DNA from: Azolla caroliniana
Lineage: Eukaryota > Plantae > Polypodiophyta
NCBI GenBank assembly: GCA_043228905.1
Contig: JBHGNT010000140.1
Span: 3,864-67,863 of the forward strand
Length of the DNA: 64,000 nucleotides
Reading direction: 5' to 3'
In this document: piece after piece, positions 35,407-49,380 of the stretch
How positions within the stretch are numbered: the stretch's first letter is position 1
How the letters are laid out: each line of letters begins with the position of its first letter
The notes under the pieces: model-generated
The model's database searches: none
Told to the model about the DNA's origin: nothing
What the model saw: the letters and a program-made list of their open reading frames with translations, nothing else
Made by a program: the position numbers and the translations under genes

Positions 35407-37798
35407 ATGAACAGAGGTCTCCAGCCTGCCTTGGTATGTGCGTCTGCAAATATTTATATATATATATAAATATATATATAATATGCGATTCATCTATCTC
35501 TCTCTCTCTCTGTATTTTTTATCATATTGAAGCTCACCATTAGATCTCTGTCCTGGTAAATTTCTATGAATTTTCTTTTATGTGTGACATTTTCAGATAT
35601 GTTTTACTGGCTTATTTATTTGTTCATCTTTTACGAGATTTGTTCGAAAATCTTTTCTACTTCTTTTGCACAGTTTGTAGAGTTCCATGTACCAAAGTTC
35701 TAGGTTTTAGTATTCAATGCAGATATCTGTTGATAAAATTTTAGAGTTTTCATTTGATGAATAGTTTTCTGATACGTCTGTAGTTTATTTCTCTCTTCTG
35801 TATCGATACTTTGGCCGATCAATTGATAGGGTTTACTTGTTTGCCCGTTTATATGTGAGAGTAAGAACAAATTCGGTTTTTTAATTTTCAGAGATGCTTT
35901 TGTTCATTAATCTGTAAATTGTTTCTCACAAGAAGGTTTTTTTATCAGTAAATTTTTCGATATATATTTTGAACAGAGATGATTTGGATGATAAGGTTGT
36001 AGTGTTTCTGCAGACATATATTGTTTTTTGGAAATTTCCTTGGGTTCTTGTTTTTGTGTAGGTCTTTCGTGTTGTTAGAGTTCTAGGCTTTCTTTTTGTA
36101 CTTACATTTTTGTTGAGGATATGTAGATTTCTGTCTCTCGTCACAGAGGAGTTTATATGCTGATAAATACCTCTTGTTTCTTTTTGTAAAATGTGTAGAG
36201 ATATTTGTGTTGATACTTCTCTAACTTTACTGTAAAACAGCAGAGATCTATGTAGATAGTTTTTGCATTCTAGAAAGATCTATAAGGCGATTCCTTTCTA
36301 GTTTGTTTTGCCAAAAATTGCAGAGATCTATTCTGTCCAGGTTTCTAGGTTATTTTTCATTTTCCAAATATAGTGCATATTGAATATTTATTTTTTCTCT
36401 GCAGAGAAGTGCTTGGATAAAATTTCTTGGTTTATTTTCCTTTAGTGGCAAATTGCTTGGAATAATTTCCAAGCATTTATCGTTATTAGTATGAATTTCT
36501 TGGGGTCATTTTTTTCTTCATCTTCTCCACAGGTTGATACAACTGCAGCATGTTACTGCACAGTGGAAACCCTGACAGTAGTCGGAGCACGAAGCTCAAG
36601 GCACTGTAGTACGCAACCTGATATAAAAGATGGTAGAATTAGGGTTCGGGTAAACAATCCGAACAAGAAGAAACCATCCTCGGAAACCAAAAGAAGCATT
36701 ACCAAACAATTACTCCCGCCTGAGCTCATCCCAGGTCTACCCAATGATTTGGCTGTTTCATGTCTCGTTCGGGTCCCGCGGATGTACCACCGGAAGCTCC
36801 GACTTGTGTCCCGGAAATGGTACCGACTCCTCACAAGCAACTACTTCTTCTCCCAGAGGATCCAGTTTGGGATGGCTGAGGAGTGGATCTATGTAATAAA
36901 GCGAGACAGGGATCGGCGCCGTCTCTCGTGGCACACCTTCGATCCAAGACACCAGATGTGGCACCCTCTCCCGCCCATCCCGCCAGAGTACTCGGAGGCA
37001 CTTGGGTTTGGGTGTGCAGTACTCAGTGGTTATCTCTTATTCTTATTCGGTGGCAAGGATAGATTAAAAGGCTCCATGAAAAGAGTGGTGTATTATAGCC
37101 CTCGCACAAATCGGTGGCACCATGCGCCCGAGATGCTGAGAAGAAGGCACTTCTTTGGTTCATGTGTGATGAACAACTGTCTTTATGTAGCTGGCGGTGA
37201 GTGTGAAGGCGTTCCTCGGTCGTTAAGGTCAGCTGAAATGTTCGACCCAAGCAAGAACAAGTGGTCCTTCATTGCTGATATGAGCACTGCTATGGTTCCT
37301 TTTATTGGGGTGGTATACAAGGGGAGGTGGTTCTTAAAGGGGCTAGGTACACACAGACAAGTGATGAGTGAGGCCTATACTCCTGCGACAGATGCATGGG
37401 TTCCTGTTTCAGACGGAATGGTATCTGGATGGCGCAACCCATGCGTGCCTTTCAATGGCCACCTTTATGCGCTCGATTGTCCCGATGGATGCAAGCTAAG
37501 AGTCTATGACCATATTACTGATTCGTGGAAAAGTTGCATGGATAGCAGGCTTCACCTTGGTGACTCCCAGGCACTGGAAGCTGCAGCTCTTCTTCCAGTG
37601 GGCGGGAAACTATGTGTTGTGAGGAACAATTTGAGTATGGTGCTTGTGGATGTTGCAAATTCTGGTGGTGGCAAAGAGTGGGAGACTATTGCTGGGAAAG
37701 GGCATTTTAAGAGTGTTGTCAGTACTCTTTGGTCAAACATTTCTGGAAGGAACAAGAATAAGAGCAACATAGTGCATTGTCAAGTCCTTCAAGCATAA
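35407..37798 (+). CDS. SAGL1: F-box/kelch-repeat protein, At1g55270 (SAGL1)-like; exons 35407-35433 and 36533-37798
   Basis: MNRGLQPAL|VDTTAACYC joined by a GT/AG intron; F-box LIPGLPNDLAVSCLVRVP; kelch LFGG/VAGG repeats; C-terminal IVHCQVLQA typical of this orthogroup. Confidence 0.9.
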
Positions 37799-39417
37799 AT
37801 CTTTTTTTGTTTCTTGGAGTTGAGAGTCAATTGGAGACTTCCATAGGTCCAAAGATAGTTTGCTTGGGCTTCCAGGACTTAGTTGACCACTTCTGGAGTT
37901 GGTTGCACGATTCTGGAGGTAGTTAACTAGCTTCCAGACTTGGCCTCAAGGACTTTGTCTCTCAGCTGTTGGTCCTCTTCAAATCAAAAACTTGTATCCA
38001 CAGCCCCACATTTTGTTCTATCTGCTCCCAAAGAGTCGCACATGCGTACATGTATAGTGGGTGAGTATTGACATTATGGCTTGTCAAGGATTGGATTCCT
38101 CACTCTACACATGTGAAACTAAAGGCTTAAGAAATGAGTTTTAGCTCGGCCTTTTGCCCATGTATGGACTTGTAGAGATTGTATTGTGTTATATATACAT
38201 ATATATTTGTACAAGTACCTTGCAATACCCTCCATATATGTCCTGAAGAGAATAGCTTGTTCTTAATAGCATTATATATTTGACATTTTGCTCATTTGTA
38301 TGTCTATCTCAAATAAAGATTTGTTATAATTCAAAACCTTTGGAAGGTTTCTTGACATGTTTCAACGTGGAGATAGCCACATCTCAGCATCTGTTAATGT
38401 TTAGAGATTTATATAAGCCTTATTTAAGCTGCAAGTGTTGAGTGCAATTCATGTATTTTCATTTAGTGCCAGGGTTATATATACAGATTGTGCAAGTTAA
38501 AAACTACAAGTAGAAGTTTCTTTTGAGAAGTATGATTTGAACACACACACATATAATGTGTGTAAGCATATACACATGGTAATTATCTTATGTATATATG
38601 ACAGTAGCTCTAGTGTATTGTGTAATTATTTTGAAAAGATATTCTGGGTATGGGCTTCATATTTATTGCCATGCATTTCTACTCTCTACCTTTCAAACTC
38701 AATAACGTTGGTTATTTGAAAGGACACTATCGTCATGGTGAAAAATACTGCAAACAATGGATGTCATGGTGAAAAGTACTGCATACAATAGATGTAGAAT
38801 GGCAATGGTGACAAATGTGTAGACATACTTGCAAAAGTATAATCCAGTAGTAGATTAATTGTGATGATAAAGGCACAGCAAAATATGTTGCAAATTTATC
38901 GAGTTTTGTAGTGATGATGGCAGATCAGAATGTATTGCATTTTGCATCAGTAATTGCAAATTTATGGAGTTATAACACATCCATTCTGGTTCCCAAATAT
39001 TGTCCATTTGTTATCTATGATGGACCTTACTAAACAATTATAATTCTAAACATTAAGAAGTTTATTCTGGGGACTATATCTTTGTGAAGAAACAATGTAC
39101 ATCCAAATATTTCAACTTTGTGTTTGCTCAAAAGGCATGATGAATAGCATTTCCTTTTGATAGAATGCTTTAATGTAGGAAAAATGTATATGGGTAAAAG
39201 TTAAAACTAATGGTGTGATTGTCTGCATGCTTTCAACTATATGGCATTCTAAAAGAAAATCATTTAACCAGATATGATGCTGAGAATGGAGAACCATGCA
39301 TGATTTTTGAAACATAACTCTGCATTTTGATTTTCTGCAATCACCCAAATGAAGAAGAATGAAAACCATTCCAATACAAGACAGTATAGAAGTAGTTTAA
39401 TATGAAATCTGATAATT

Positions 39418-40074
39418 TCACTTTGTGTTAAGCCTCTCTGAGACATCGAGGTCATCATTAGTGCCTTTGCGACCGAAGGCGATTTCATCCAGACTTTGTC
39501 CAGATCGCCGATACCGTCCACCGGAGCGGAGGAAGGATGGACACGGGCGGTAGGCCTTGATGGGCCACCATCCAAACCCTGGGATCGAACCAATGCCGCC
39601 CATTATCCTTCCTTCTCCATTGCATCCTCTCTCCATTTCTGGATTCCCACATGCTTCACATCCCCGACTCTTACCATCTACCATAGCTGCCTCTGCCTCT
39701 GCCTCTCCTTCCTGTTTCACATTTGCTGTCCATGTGGTTGCCGACCCATCCAAGTTTGCCGAATCCGATTTCACACCAGTTGTCTGTGTCTCGGAACCGG
39801 ATCCGGCCGACTTCACCGCAGTTGTCCTGGTCTCCGAATCCAATTCCGCCCTCCTTAACTCCGCCTTCTCCAGAAACCTTAACCCTAATCTTGCTTCTCC
39901 TGCAGCTGCTCTGTTTCTCCTTCTCCTCATCCCATCTTTTGCAAGCACGAACCCTAAGGATTGCTTCTTAACTCCGCCTGCGAATGCAGGAATGGAAATA
40001 TCAGCTTCTTTCCATGTTAGTCTCTGAGAGAGCCCCCAATCGCCAGTGATGATGATGAGGTGCCCGATACTCAT
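39418..40074 (-). CDS. Conserved uncharacterised plant protein with C-terminal CxxC..GCNGEGRI.GG..GWWPIKAYRPCP domain (possibly plastid-targeted)
   Basis: Intronless 218-aa ORF with a CT-rich upstream region; the C-terminal motif is recognisable as a conserved green-lineage domain; function not assigned. Confidence 0.75.
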   Translation of the reverse strand: MSIGHLIIITGDWGLSQRLTWKEADISIPAFAGGVKKQSLGFVLAKDGMRRRRNRAAAGEARLGLRFLEKAELRRAELDSETRTTAVKSAGSGSETQTTGVKSDSANLDGSATTWTANVKQEGEAEAEAAMVDGKSRGCEACGNPEMERGCNGEGRIMGGIGSIPGFGWWPIKAYRPCPSFLRSGGRYRRSGQSLDEIAFGRKGTNDDLDVSERLNTK

Positions 40075-40938
40075 CGTCCACTAAAACCTCTCTGTCTCTC
40101 TCTCTATCAGACACTCTGTCTCTCTGTCTCTCTCTGTCTCTCTCTGTCTCGCTTGTAACCAGCTCCTCTTATCCTGAAGCCAGCCATCCCAAGGGGATTT
40201 GATCTCTGGTGGATGATTCATGTTTGAATGTTTAGATCTTTCACTCCAATGCACATGTAAAGATGGATGGCACAACATTTGGTTCATTTTTGTCTATGAC
40301 TAAAACCGCTTCCAATCCCTTAAGAGATTTGCTCGTTTTATATCAGCGCCAATCGTCGGACAATTATAAATTAAGTTGTTGTGCGAATCCGATCCACGAG
40401 ATCATCCATCCATGTGTATCAATCATACGATAGTCTCCCCCGGGAACCCGTCCGTTCATCGTTGACTTTGGAAAAAGAACGCTTTTCAGTTGATAGTTGA
40501 GGTGCAATATGTGAGAATTGGAGTCTCTTGGAACCCACGAGAGCTTTATTGGCGAATTGTTGTTGTTGACTATCTCTGATTGTTCCATGTGGACTTCCTT
40601 CTCTAAATAAAGTTGAGAAATTTGTGGATGAATACTAAACCAATCTATAGAACATTTGCGTTCTCTATGGCATATAAGTTGAAGGCCCAAATTACCCCCT
40701 ATGCTAAGAGTCTCTTACAGACCAATCAATTAATGCGTGGGATTGATTGAGATGGGAATGTTGGTGGAGTAATCATTCGGCCTTCTGATTTTAAGTTTAG
40801 AGGGCACGCAGTAGTGGTTGGCCGGAGACTCTAAGAAAAAGCTTGGCATGCTTTCCGAACAGAAGTTCTAAGAGGTACAAATAGGGAGATAGATAGATCA
40901 GTGTGTGTGCTGCGGACTACTATGAAGTGAATGAAGCA

Positions 40939-40994
40939 GGACATCTGATAAAATGCGAACGATACAGAGAAGATTAGCATGGCCCCTGTGCAAG
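40939..40994 (+). pseudogene. U6: Truncated U6 snRNA copy
   Basis: GGACATCTGATAAAATGCGAACGATACAGAGAAGATTAGCATGGCCCCTGTGCAAG matches plant U6 nt ~11-66, including the ACAGAGA box (40964-40970) and AGC; 5' stem and 3' end are missing. Confidence 0.9.
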
Positions 40995-41223
40995 TTTAGC
41001 CCCCCAAGCATATATATGTAAATATGGAAAATGACGAGCATAGTTTTCATAAAGCTTGTGAGTGGCTTGAATTTGGTGGTACCTTCTTCTCCTTCTGCCA
41101 CTGTTTTGCTTGTATTGAGAGAGACATACATATATATATCATTATATGTATACATATACATAGCAAGCAAGCAAGCATGTAAGCAAAACCAGTCAGGAAG
41201 CAAAGTAGTAGATGTGCGCGCAC

Positions 41224-41231
41224 AAACCCTA
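41224..41231 (+). promoter_or_regulatory. Possible telo-box in the NAA25 5' region
   Basis: AAACCCTA about 50 bp upstream of the ATG; short motif that could occur by chance. Confidence 0.35.
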
Positions 41232-41280
41232 GCAACAGCAGGAGCTCTGTGTACGAAGAAAGACAACAGAACCAAGAATC

Positions 41281-44200
41281 ATGAGCTCCGTTGGAGAGAG
41301 GCGACTGAGACCTCTGTGGGATGCCATAGACTCAAGACACTACAAGTCTGCTCTCAAACTTGCATCTTCTCTCCTTGCGAAACATCCTGATTCAGTCTAT
41401 TTGCTGGTAATATTCTTCTTCTTTCTATCTCTCTCTCTCTCTCTCTCTGTCATTGTTTTTCTTTCTTTTTTCCCTTGAGAAATTTTCGTTCTTTGCTGTT
41501 TCTTTCAATGTCAGGTTTTGTCATGATTTTATGGCCAAATTATAAGGATAAAAAAGGTTATAATTAGTTTCGTATCGTAAATAATTGAGAAATTTGAATA
41601 TAGAGTACGAATATTTGTATAAATTGCATGCAAATAGCTAAGTTTTCAGGGCTGAGAGGCTCTAAGTAGGTTTTTCACATCAATTACATCGAGAAATTTG
41701 ATTGCAAGTTGCTCTGACTCTTCAAAAATTGGATATGAAGCGGTTCAGTTAGTATAGACATGCTGTCATATCTATTGTCATATTTGCAAACTAAATTTAA
41801 TCAAGACAATTATTATACTCGAAGTAGTGCATTTCAGTATAGATATTGGTCTGTCAATGGCTCATTAGAGCTATGCTTAAGGATATAACAGAATTCAAGT
41901 AGGTGTATGTCCTCTCTATTCAGGATTTTGTATACAAACACTCTAGTGAAGATAATTGGAATACATGTTTTGATCCTTCAATGGATGTGAAGAGTTTTGA
42001 TATTGGAATGCATGTTTTGATGCTATTGCTCTATGTAGATCCACATTCTGTAGAGAACTAACGTTACGTATCAAAGAGACTAAAGAAGGTGTATGGAAGG
42101 ACATGCCAAATACGGATGCTTCCTGATGATCTTAGTGATTTCAAGCATTGCATTGAAGTATAAGTATTTATTTTGAAGGTCAAAGAGCCAATGATAAGAG
42201 TGTCAAAGACTTAAGTTGTTTGATAGCATGCGTATTAACTTCAAAGGATTCAAAAAACTGCATTTCAGTACAGATATTGATCTGAAACTGTTTCTGTTAG
42301 ACTTCTTTTTAAGGTAACATGTACCTGAGCACTTGTTTTGAGCAAGAGTGGAAACGACATATATCTCTTTTCTTGTCCCATTCAATTTGTCGAAACAAAC
42401 ACATATCCTGCAAAATAATACACTGTGAACTCCATCTACAAATAGATCTGAAACAATACTCTCCAGAATCAATACCGTCGAACATTTCGAATACTAAAGT
42501 AAATCCTGCAAACTCTACAGTATGAATAGGTGTGAAATAGAACAATTTCGTTGGATATATAATTCATTATTTTGAATACAAACACATATCAAGCAAATTA
42601 TACTGGCTGTTCTGGTGCTTCAAAGGTTGGAAAATAGTGTCCCAATAAGCTTACATGCGACTGAGCACTTGAATTCCATAGATAATCTTCTTTAAATGAT
42701 AATTAACGAGCTTGAGGTATATTACGGGTATAATAACGTTCTCATCATGCAATGGATACCCGATGATAGATAGGGTACATAGGTTGTTTATTGCATTTCC
42801 CTAACTATGATACAGTAGGTTGATAATCGTGAAATATGTGGATATTTAGCCTTTATTGCTTTGAACATATTAGGTATTGAAAGCTTTGGTGTTGGAGAGG
42901 ATGGAAAAGCAAGAGGAAGCTCTTACTTTGTGTGAACAAGCAAAAGCATCGGAGCCAACAGATGATCTCACATTAAGCACATTACAGATTGTGTTTCAAC
43001 GATTAGGCCGTCGTGAGTGTAAAATTTAAAAACCAATTGGATAAGTGCTACAAAGTACATGCGATTTGTTTCCAAAAAACATCAACCAGTCTTACATGTA
43101 TTGATTGCTTTTTGTAGCTGAACAAGCCACGGCCTGCTACGAGAAAGCGTGTAGTAAGACCCCCAATAACATAGACTTGATGATGGGTCTCTTTAACTGT
43201 TATGTGCGAGATTATTCTTTTTTAAAGCAGCAGCAGGTATGTAGATTATCTCTTAATGCCTAAAATTATGTCTGCAATTGACATTTGGACTCCTCATAAA
43301 CAGCCTATATATCACCTTTTATCTAGATAGCAATGAAGATGTACAAGCTCTTTCAAGAGGAACGTTTTTTGTTGTGGGCTATCTGCAGCATCCAGTTGCA
43401 GGTTACATGAATAGAAACTGATTGAACGTTTCATAGATAAAATCTGTAAGGGAATGGTCCATGCTAATCTTATGAGCGCCATATCAAAATTGCAATTGAA
43501 ATGGTTTCAGGTTTATTGTGGAAATGGAGATAAAACATTGTTGTCATTGGGGGAGGCTTTATTGAAAAAAAGACTAGATACCCATGGATTTGAAGAACTT
43601 GAAGGTTTTCAGCTTCTTGACCTCTCCTTAAAAATGTATATTAGGAAAATTGGAAAACGTTCTTGCTTCTCACATAATTTATTATTCTCTTTTCTTTACA
43701 ACTATTTGAAAATGGCTAAAGAGTTTTGTGTGGACAGCATTGCTAGTCTATTCCACGCTATTGGAATACGAGGGGAAATATGTGTCTGCTATAGACATCC
43801 TTTCAAACAAATCTGGTGAACTTTTCAGCATTGTAAATGACAAACTGAAGTTGAAGGTGAGTACCTGTCAAGGGGAATCCAATTTTGTCAGCTAACACCA
43901 TGGCAGTGTTCATCAACGAGGAAGGTTACTAAATTTTTCTGGTGTGCAATTTGTCCACAAGCTGCTAGGGTAAGCTGCTGCTTTTATCACACCAATACAA
44001 TCTTGCTGCAAATGTTTTCCAAGAGCTGTTGGAGATGAGGTATAATGTTTGTTCTCTTTTTCCAAATATAATGTTGTGTGACATGTGTGAGCTATCAGCA
44101 GAAAAGATGAATTAAAAAAGTGGTCGGTATGTATTATTATAGACTTCCTTACACGTAGGACACAGCATTTTGCTAGTTTTGATTCTTGGTATACACCTTG

Positions 44201-47200
44201 CTGGTATATAGTTAAAGAAGATGAATTGAAAAAGTGGTTGATGTGTTCTGTTATCGGCTTGCTTACACATAGGGCACAAGATTTTGATGCTGTCCATGTC
44301 TTTTTTCTCAGAAAGGCTTATTCTGTGCACACTGGGTTATGTTCATTTTCTAGTTTTCTCTATGGATACAGTTGTTCACATCCATTGACATCTATTTTCT
44401 TGATGGAAACAGCTCAGATGATTGGGTTGCATTTATGCTATATCTAGATGCCACATTGGAAGCCCCAGATTACGATTTGTCTCAATCAGATCCTGCGAAT
44501 ACAGAAATATTTGAAGCAGTTACAAGATTGCCATATGAAGAGGTATAATTTAAGTTTTAGGATCACATTTAGAAGATGCTTTCTAAAGTTGCATCCATGT
44601 TAAACACAGGCAGAGTCAAGACTTGAAGATGCAAGTGTCTTCCTTCAAAGGCTGCAAAATAAAGATAATCATGAGCTAAGAAGAGGACCCTTTATTGGGA
44701 ATATAGAGATTGAGAGAAGGCGTTTCCTTCTCCAATTTGGTCAGGGAAACAGTAAGACCACTTGTAGCAGCATATGTACTGCTATAGTGGGGTATTATGA
44801 AAGGTATAAAGCTCTTTGTCTCTTATCATACAAATTTTCTGTTTCTGAAAGCTTGACCTTATGCCCATGTATAAACAGATTCGGCCACATGGTCAGCTTT
44901 ACGTCTGACATTAAACTCTATTTAGAGTTTGTTCAAAGACATGGTTCTGTTGACCTTGTTGAGAATCTATACAAGGCTTACAGTAAAGCTGAAAGCGAGA
45001 ATTCTTTACATCTGCTGAGAAAGAAGCTGAGCTTGTTTCAGGTAGAGATGCAGCTTGGCTCAATGGCAGGAACTTCAAATGGAGGTTTGTAAGAAAATCA
45101 CTAATTTGATTCATGCATATATCTCTTTAATATTCTATCCCGTACTCTACATATTCATAATTTCGGACACTCTTCAAACTTTTGGATTTTTATGGGTATT
45201 AAAGTATCAATGGTTTGTACACACATAGAAACAGGATGATTGAAAGTTTTTATTCACTCTTGGTTTTCTATATTATCTGATTTGAATACATACTCACTTC
45301 CTTTGCAGATTTACTAGCAAAAGCTATTGACAATGCAAATCTTTATGTGACTGGCTTGAAGCTTTCGAAAGATTTAGATCCACAAGAATGTATGCATGGG
45401 GAAGAATTTATAACAATCATTGTTTACGTTTTGATTCAGGTATTATTTATTGTCATTTCTCTGACATTCTTAATTATTATAAATATCATAAAGTGTATGC
45501 GGGTTATAATTTCTTCTCTCTTTTATTCATAGTTATTTCTGCGCACCAAAGATCCTGGATATGTGGTTGAGTCAATCTTGATTTTAGAATTTGGACTTGC
45601 AATGAGAAAGTAAGTGTTTCCTTAATTCGGGGCAATCATTGAGCACTCAAATTATGTGCTTCTCTTTATGTACACACAGTCGTATATGGTCTTTTTCAGC
45701 AATCTTAAATTTTGTATTCATTCATTTGTGTACATATATGTATGCATGTATATGTATATGCAGGAATTGTTCATGTATCTGCATTCATAATTTTTTATTC
45801 GAAGAGTACAATTTTATAGATATGTGAATAATTTTTGAGTAATTTGCAGATATTTACAGGATGTATACTAAATATCATAATGATCTTGAATCTTTGGCAA
45901 ACAAGTATACATTTATGACAAGTATACTAAATATCATATCTTTGGCACTGTAAACTTGTGTGTGATTTGCATGAATTGTATGTGGCAATGTATAGGAATT
46001 ATGCTTGTATTTGCATTTATAAATTATTATTCATGGAGTAGCTTTTTATATCTGTGAAACGTTTCTGAGTAAGCCACAGATATTTATTGGATGTATACTA
46101 AATATCATATCTGAAAAATAAGTATAATATGCATGATCTATGCCCTGGAAACTTGTGTGTGGCTTGCAAATATAATACATGGCGATGTATTTATAGATGC
46201 ATTTGTACACCTTGTCTATATATTCTAAAATCATTTGGGGATATTGTACTTTTCTAGGTTTTCTTCCCAGTGTAAGATAATGCTTACAAGCTTATATTCA
46301 ACATTATTTTGCTCTTCTACAGCTTTTGCATGGTAAAGTATCATGTATCGACCTAAGAGCTCTTTGTCCTGGCCAATGTAACACACTTATGGTCAACTAA
46401 CTTTAATGTGTGTATCCTTCTTCGCAGGTACAAGACACTGGATATTAAGAATATTCTGATCGAGACTATGTCACATCATATGCTAACTTCTTTAGTCAAA
46501 AGTACACAATGGTCACAGTTGGATTTGATGTTGAAAGATATTGTGAAGTTTCATGAGGATTATGTCAAAGAAGCAGCTGACCTTGTAATATTGGCATATA
46601 GACACTGTAACTATTCCAAAGTATGAACACCATTAATGATTCACCAAGGCTCTTATCATTATCTTTGATTTCTATCTAAATGAAGAAATTGCTAGTTGCA
46701 AATGTATGTTCTAATTATATTACCTAAGCTACAAGAATTCATATTTCTAACTATGCTTCCAGGTATTGGAGTTTGTTCAATTCAAAGACAGACTCCGGCA
46801 CTCCCATAACCTTTTACTTGCAAAGGTTGAGGATGCTGTTTTACAGCTCAAACTGAAAGCACACAGTCCAGATGAAATAATGGTGAAGCCTTCTAACTAT
46901 TTTATGATTTACAAATGTAAATCCCCTCATAACCCATTTTGTGAGAAAAGTTAACAGTGTTTAATATCTTTGATCAGGTAGTTTTTGAGAAGCTGCGTTA
47001 TGGGGTTGAAGCTTTAAACTTTGGGATGGATGAGAAGTTGGCCACCTTATCATTCAATGAAGCTCTTGATACACGACCATGGTGGTCGCCTACACCTCAC
47101 GAATGTAGTTTGATAGGTATGAGGGTATGAAACATCATGAATCTTTTGCCAAATAATCTTATGTTATCAGCCTTTGCTTAAGTTTTGAAGTTCACATATA

Positions 47201-48198
47201 TGAGCCACCTCTTGTTTAGATTTTCAAGGATTTAGTTCAAATCTGTCAGGCAAATATGTTATTATCTTTCGAAGGTTCGTAATTATAATCATTGTTGCAA
47301 ATTCTAATGAGCAACAAGCAAAAATTTGATTGGTTTTTCCCTTAATGGGAACACATTGCCTTTGAAAAAATCGTTTAAAAACAGCCATTTTAATCTTGTT
47401 ATATCATCTATATATTCATTAAGAGCTCAAATTGTTTTTCATTGTGTGCAATGCTCTAAATCATGTTAGCATGGAAATTGCTTTAATCTACATGAACTTT
47501 GTGAATCCCATGTAATAGTCTTTTGGACAGCTTAGTGGTGTTCCAGCCTTGTCTTTTAAGCTGCAGGTTGAGGGTCAGCTCCTGTTCTTTATCTCAGTTG
47601 CTGTAATCCACCAGGGAAAAATGTTTTACATGAACAAATAGTAAATAGGCAACATTTATATCTGTGTTTAACTAATAGCTCAACTCTTTTGCTAAATAGT
47701 CAATGTAATTTGTGCCATTGATATGAAGCCTTAAAGGCAACTGGCAGTATTAAACGCCTGATTACAACATATAAACTGTATAAGTAGTCTCAACTCTTTC
47801 TCTATGCTTGGCATCAACAGGCACTGCGAATGGAGAGTCAGCATCACATAAGACAGAAACCAAGGTATTGTATCTACTACAAATAGTTTCAACGTTTGCA
47901 TCCAAACAAGGTTTTATTCAAAAGAAAACTTAGTCAGTGAATTTTGTTGTGTTGCAGACTCATGAAAAGTGGCGCAATGAGCTGCGCAAACGATCTTTGC
48001 TGCCTCGATTGATATATTTATCCATGGGTGCAGTTCGGTTCAGGGAATCGGGGAGGGAAAATGGTGATGCGGTGGGTTGTTTGAATGAGTTGAAAGATCT
48101 TGTGGCAAAGTATGGGACACTGCTTGGCATTTCATGGGAGAAACTACCAGACATCTCTGCAGATATTTCATCATTGAGATCCCACACTACGGTAGTAA

Positions 48199-48239
<41 letters not shown>

Positions 48240-49380
48240 AAAATATGAAAAGACAATAGAGAAGAGATGTCACTCAGGCACTATTTGCTAGTCACAACTT
48301 AAGTAAACCAGTAGGGGATATGCTAAATGGGATAGATAAACCACAACAGTGTATATATTCTCTGTAAAGTTATAGGGGTGAACATAGCCAACACCGTGAC
48401 CATAACCACAGAAACCTCAGTTGCATCCTATATGCAAATGCATTTTCTACATGTGGAACAAAGGTGTGATGGCACCAAAATAACCTAACAATACCTGCAC
48501 ATCCAAAATCCATACAAAATCCATATTGATCACCTTCAGAACATTTGATTCACATGTAAGTTTACTCATCAATTCCAAACCTGTTCAGTATCACGAAGTA
48601 AGTAAATTAAATTAACATTCACATTTTCTTTGACAGGAACTTAATTTGGACGCCACAGAGGTGTTCTCACTTTTCTTGTTCTGGGTTGCCTATGAGATTG
48701 CGTCACAGTGTTCAACCAAACCCTTGCTTTGCTTGAATGAATTTGCAAAATATCTTTTCTCTGAGCTTACAAACTTTGCACGAGCATCTAATCTCGAAGA
48801 TGATGAGCAGTTTTCCGAAGTAGATATAGTGGCATCATGGTCATCATTTCCTTCCCTCATTTCAGTTGTAACAGAGGGTTTTTCATGGTATGTTCTCTGT
48901 CTACACTCTTGGATTAGAGGGTTGCAGCCCACTAGCAAAGCCGGAAAGAAGAAGAAAAAAGGCTCAGCGGCTCAAGTGATAGGAGATGCCTCAGCTGATT
49001 CTAATCTCCTCACAGTTCTCCATAGATGTACTGAAGAGTTCTGTATTGAATTAGAGAAATTAATGTCATGGACCAGATTACTATCTGGAGCTTTGAACGT
49101 GAAGAATGAGAGTGTTTATGTAGATTTACTTGCAAATGGAAAGGAAATGAGTATTGTTGATAACAATTTTGTGAAGCCTGGTTTGGTCCTCTATGCCTTG
49201 GTGGTCTCAGGTTCTTCTTCATCAGTGAATGAGATGGGCGAGAGGATTATATCAATATTTCAGAATTGGCAGCCTGAAGTCACGTGTAGAACAATAGTGG
49301 AAGGTCAGTGTGATGCTTTGCATGATCTGATTAGCATATTATCATCAAGGATTAACACATTACGGTGTGTTATGCGGTAG
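41281..49380 (+). CDS. NAA25: N-terminal acetyltransferase B auxiliary subunit NAA25 (MDM20/TCU2-like), ~19 exons
   Basis: ERRLRPLWDAIDSR; GT/AG exons traced in frame (41281-41406, 42874-43012, 43118-43236, 43327-43401, 43511-43604, 43738-43856, 43969-44039 ... ~48637-49380); motifs LKQQQ, FLLWAICSIQLQ, RRGPLLG, RFGH, LDIKNILIET, RPWWSPTP. Confidence 0.93.

Noticed and set aside
36491-36532. ATG at 36491 as the F-box gene start
   Set aside because: It lies in the intron's polypyrimidine tract; the upstream exon GLQPAL fits the family N-terminus
44100-46220. Diverged short duplications in NAA25 introns (similar ones at ~38730, ~59000-59450 and ~59945-60100)
   Set aside because: Ordinary local duplications with no TIR, TSD or RNA-gene signature
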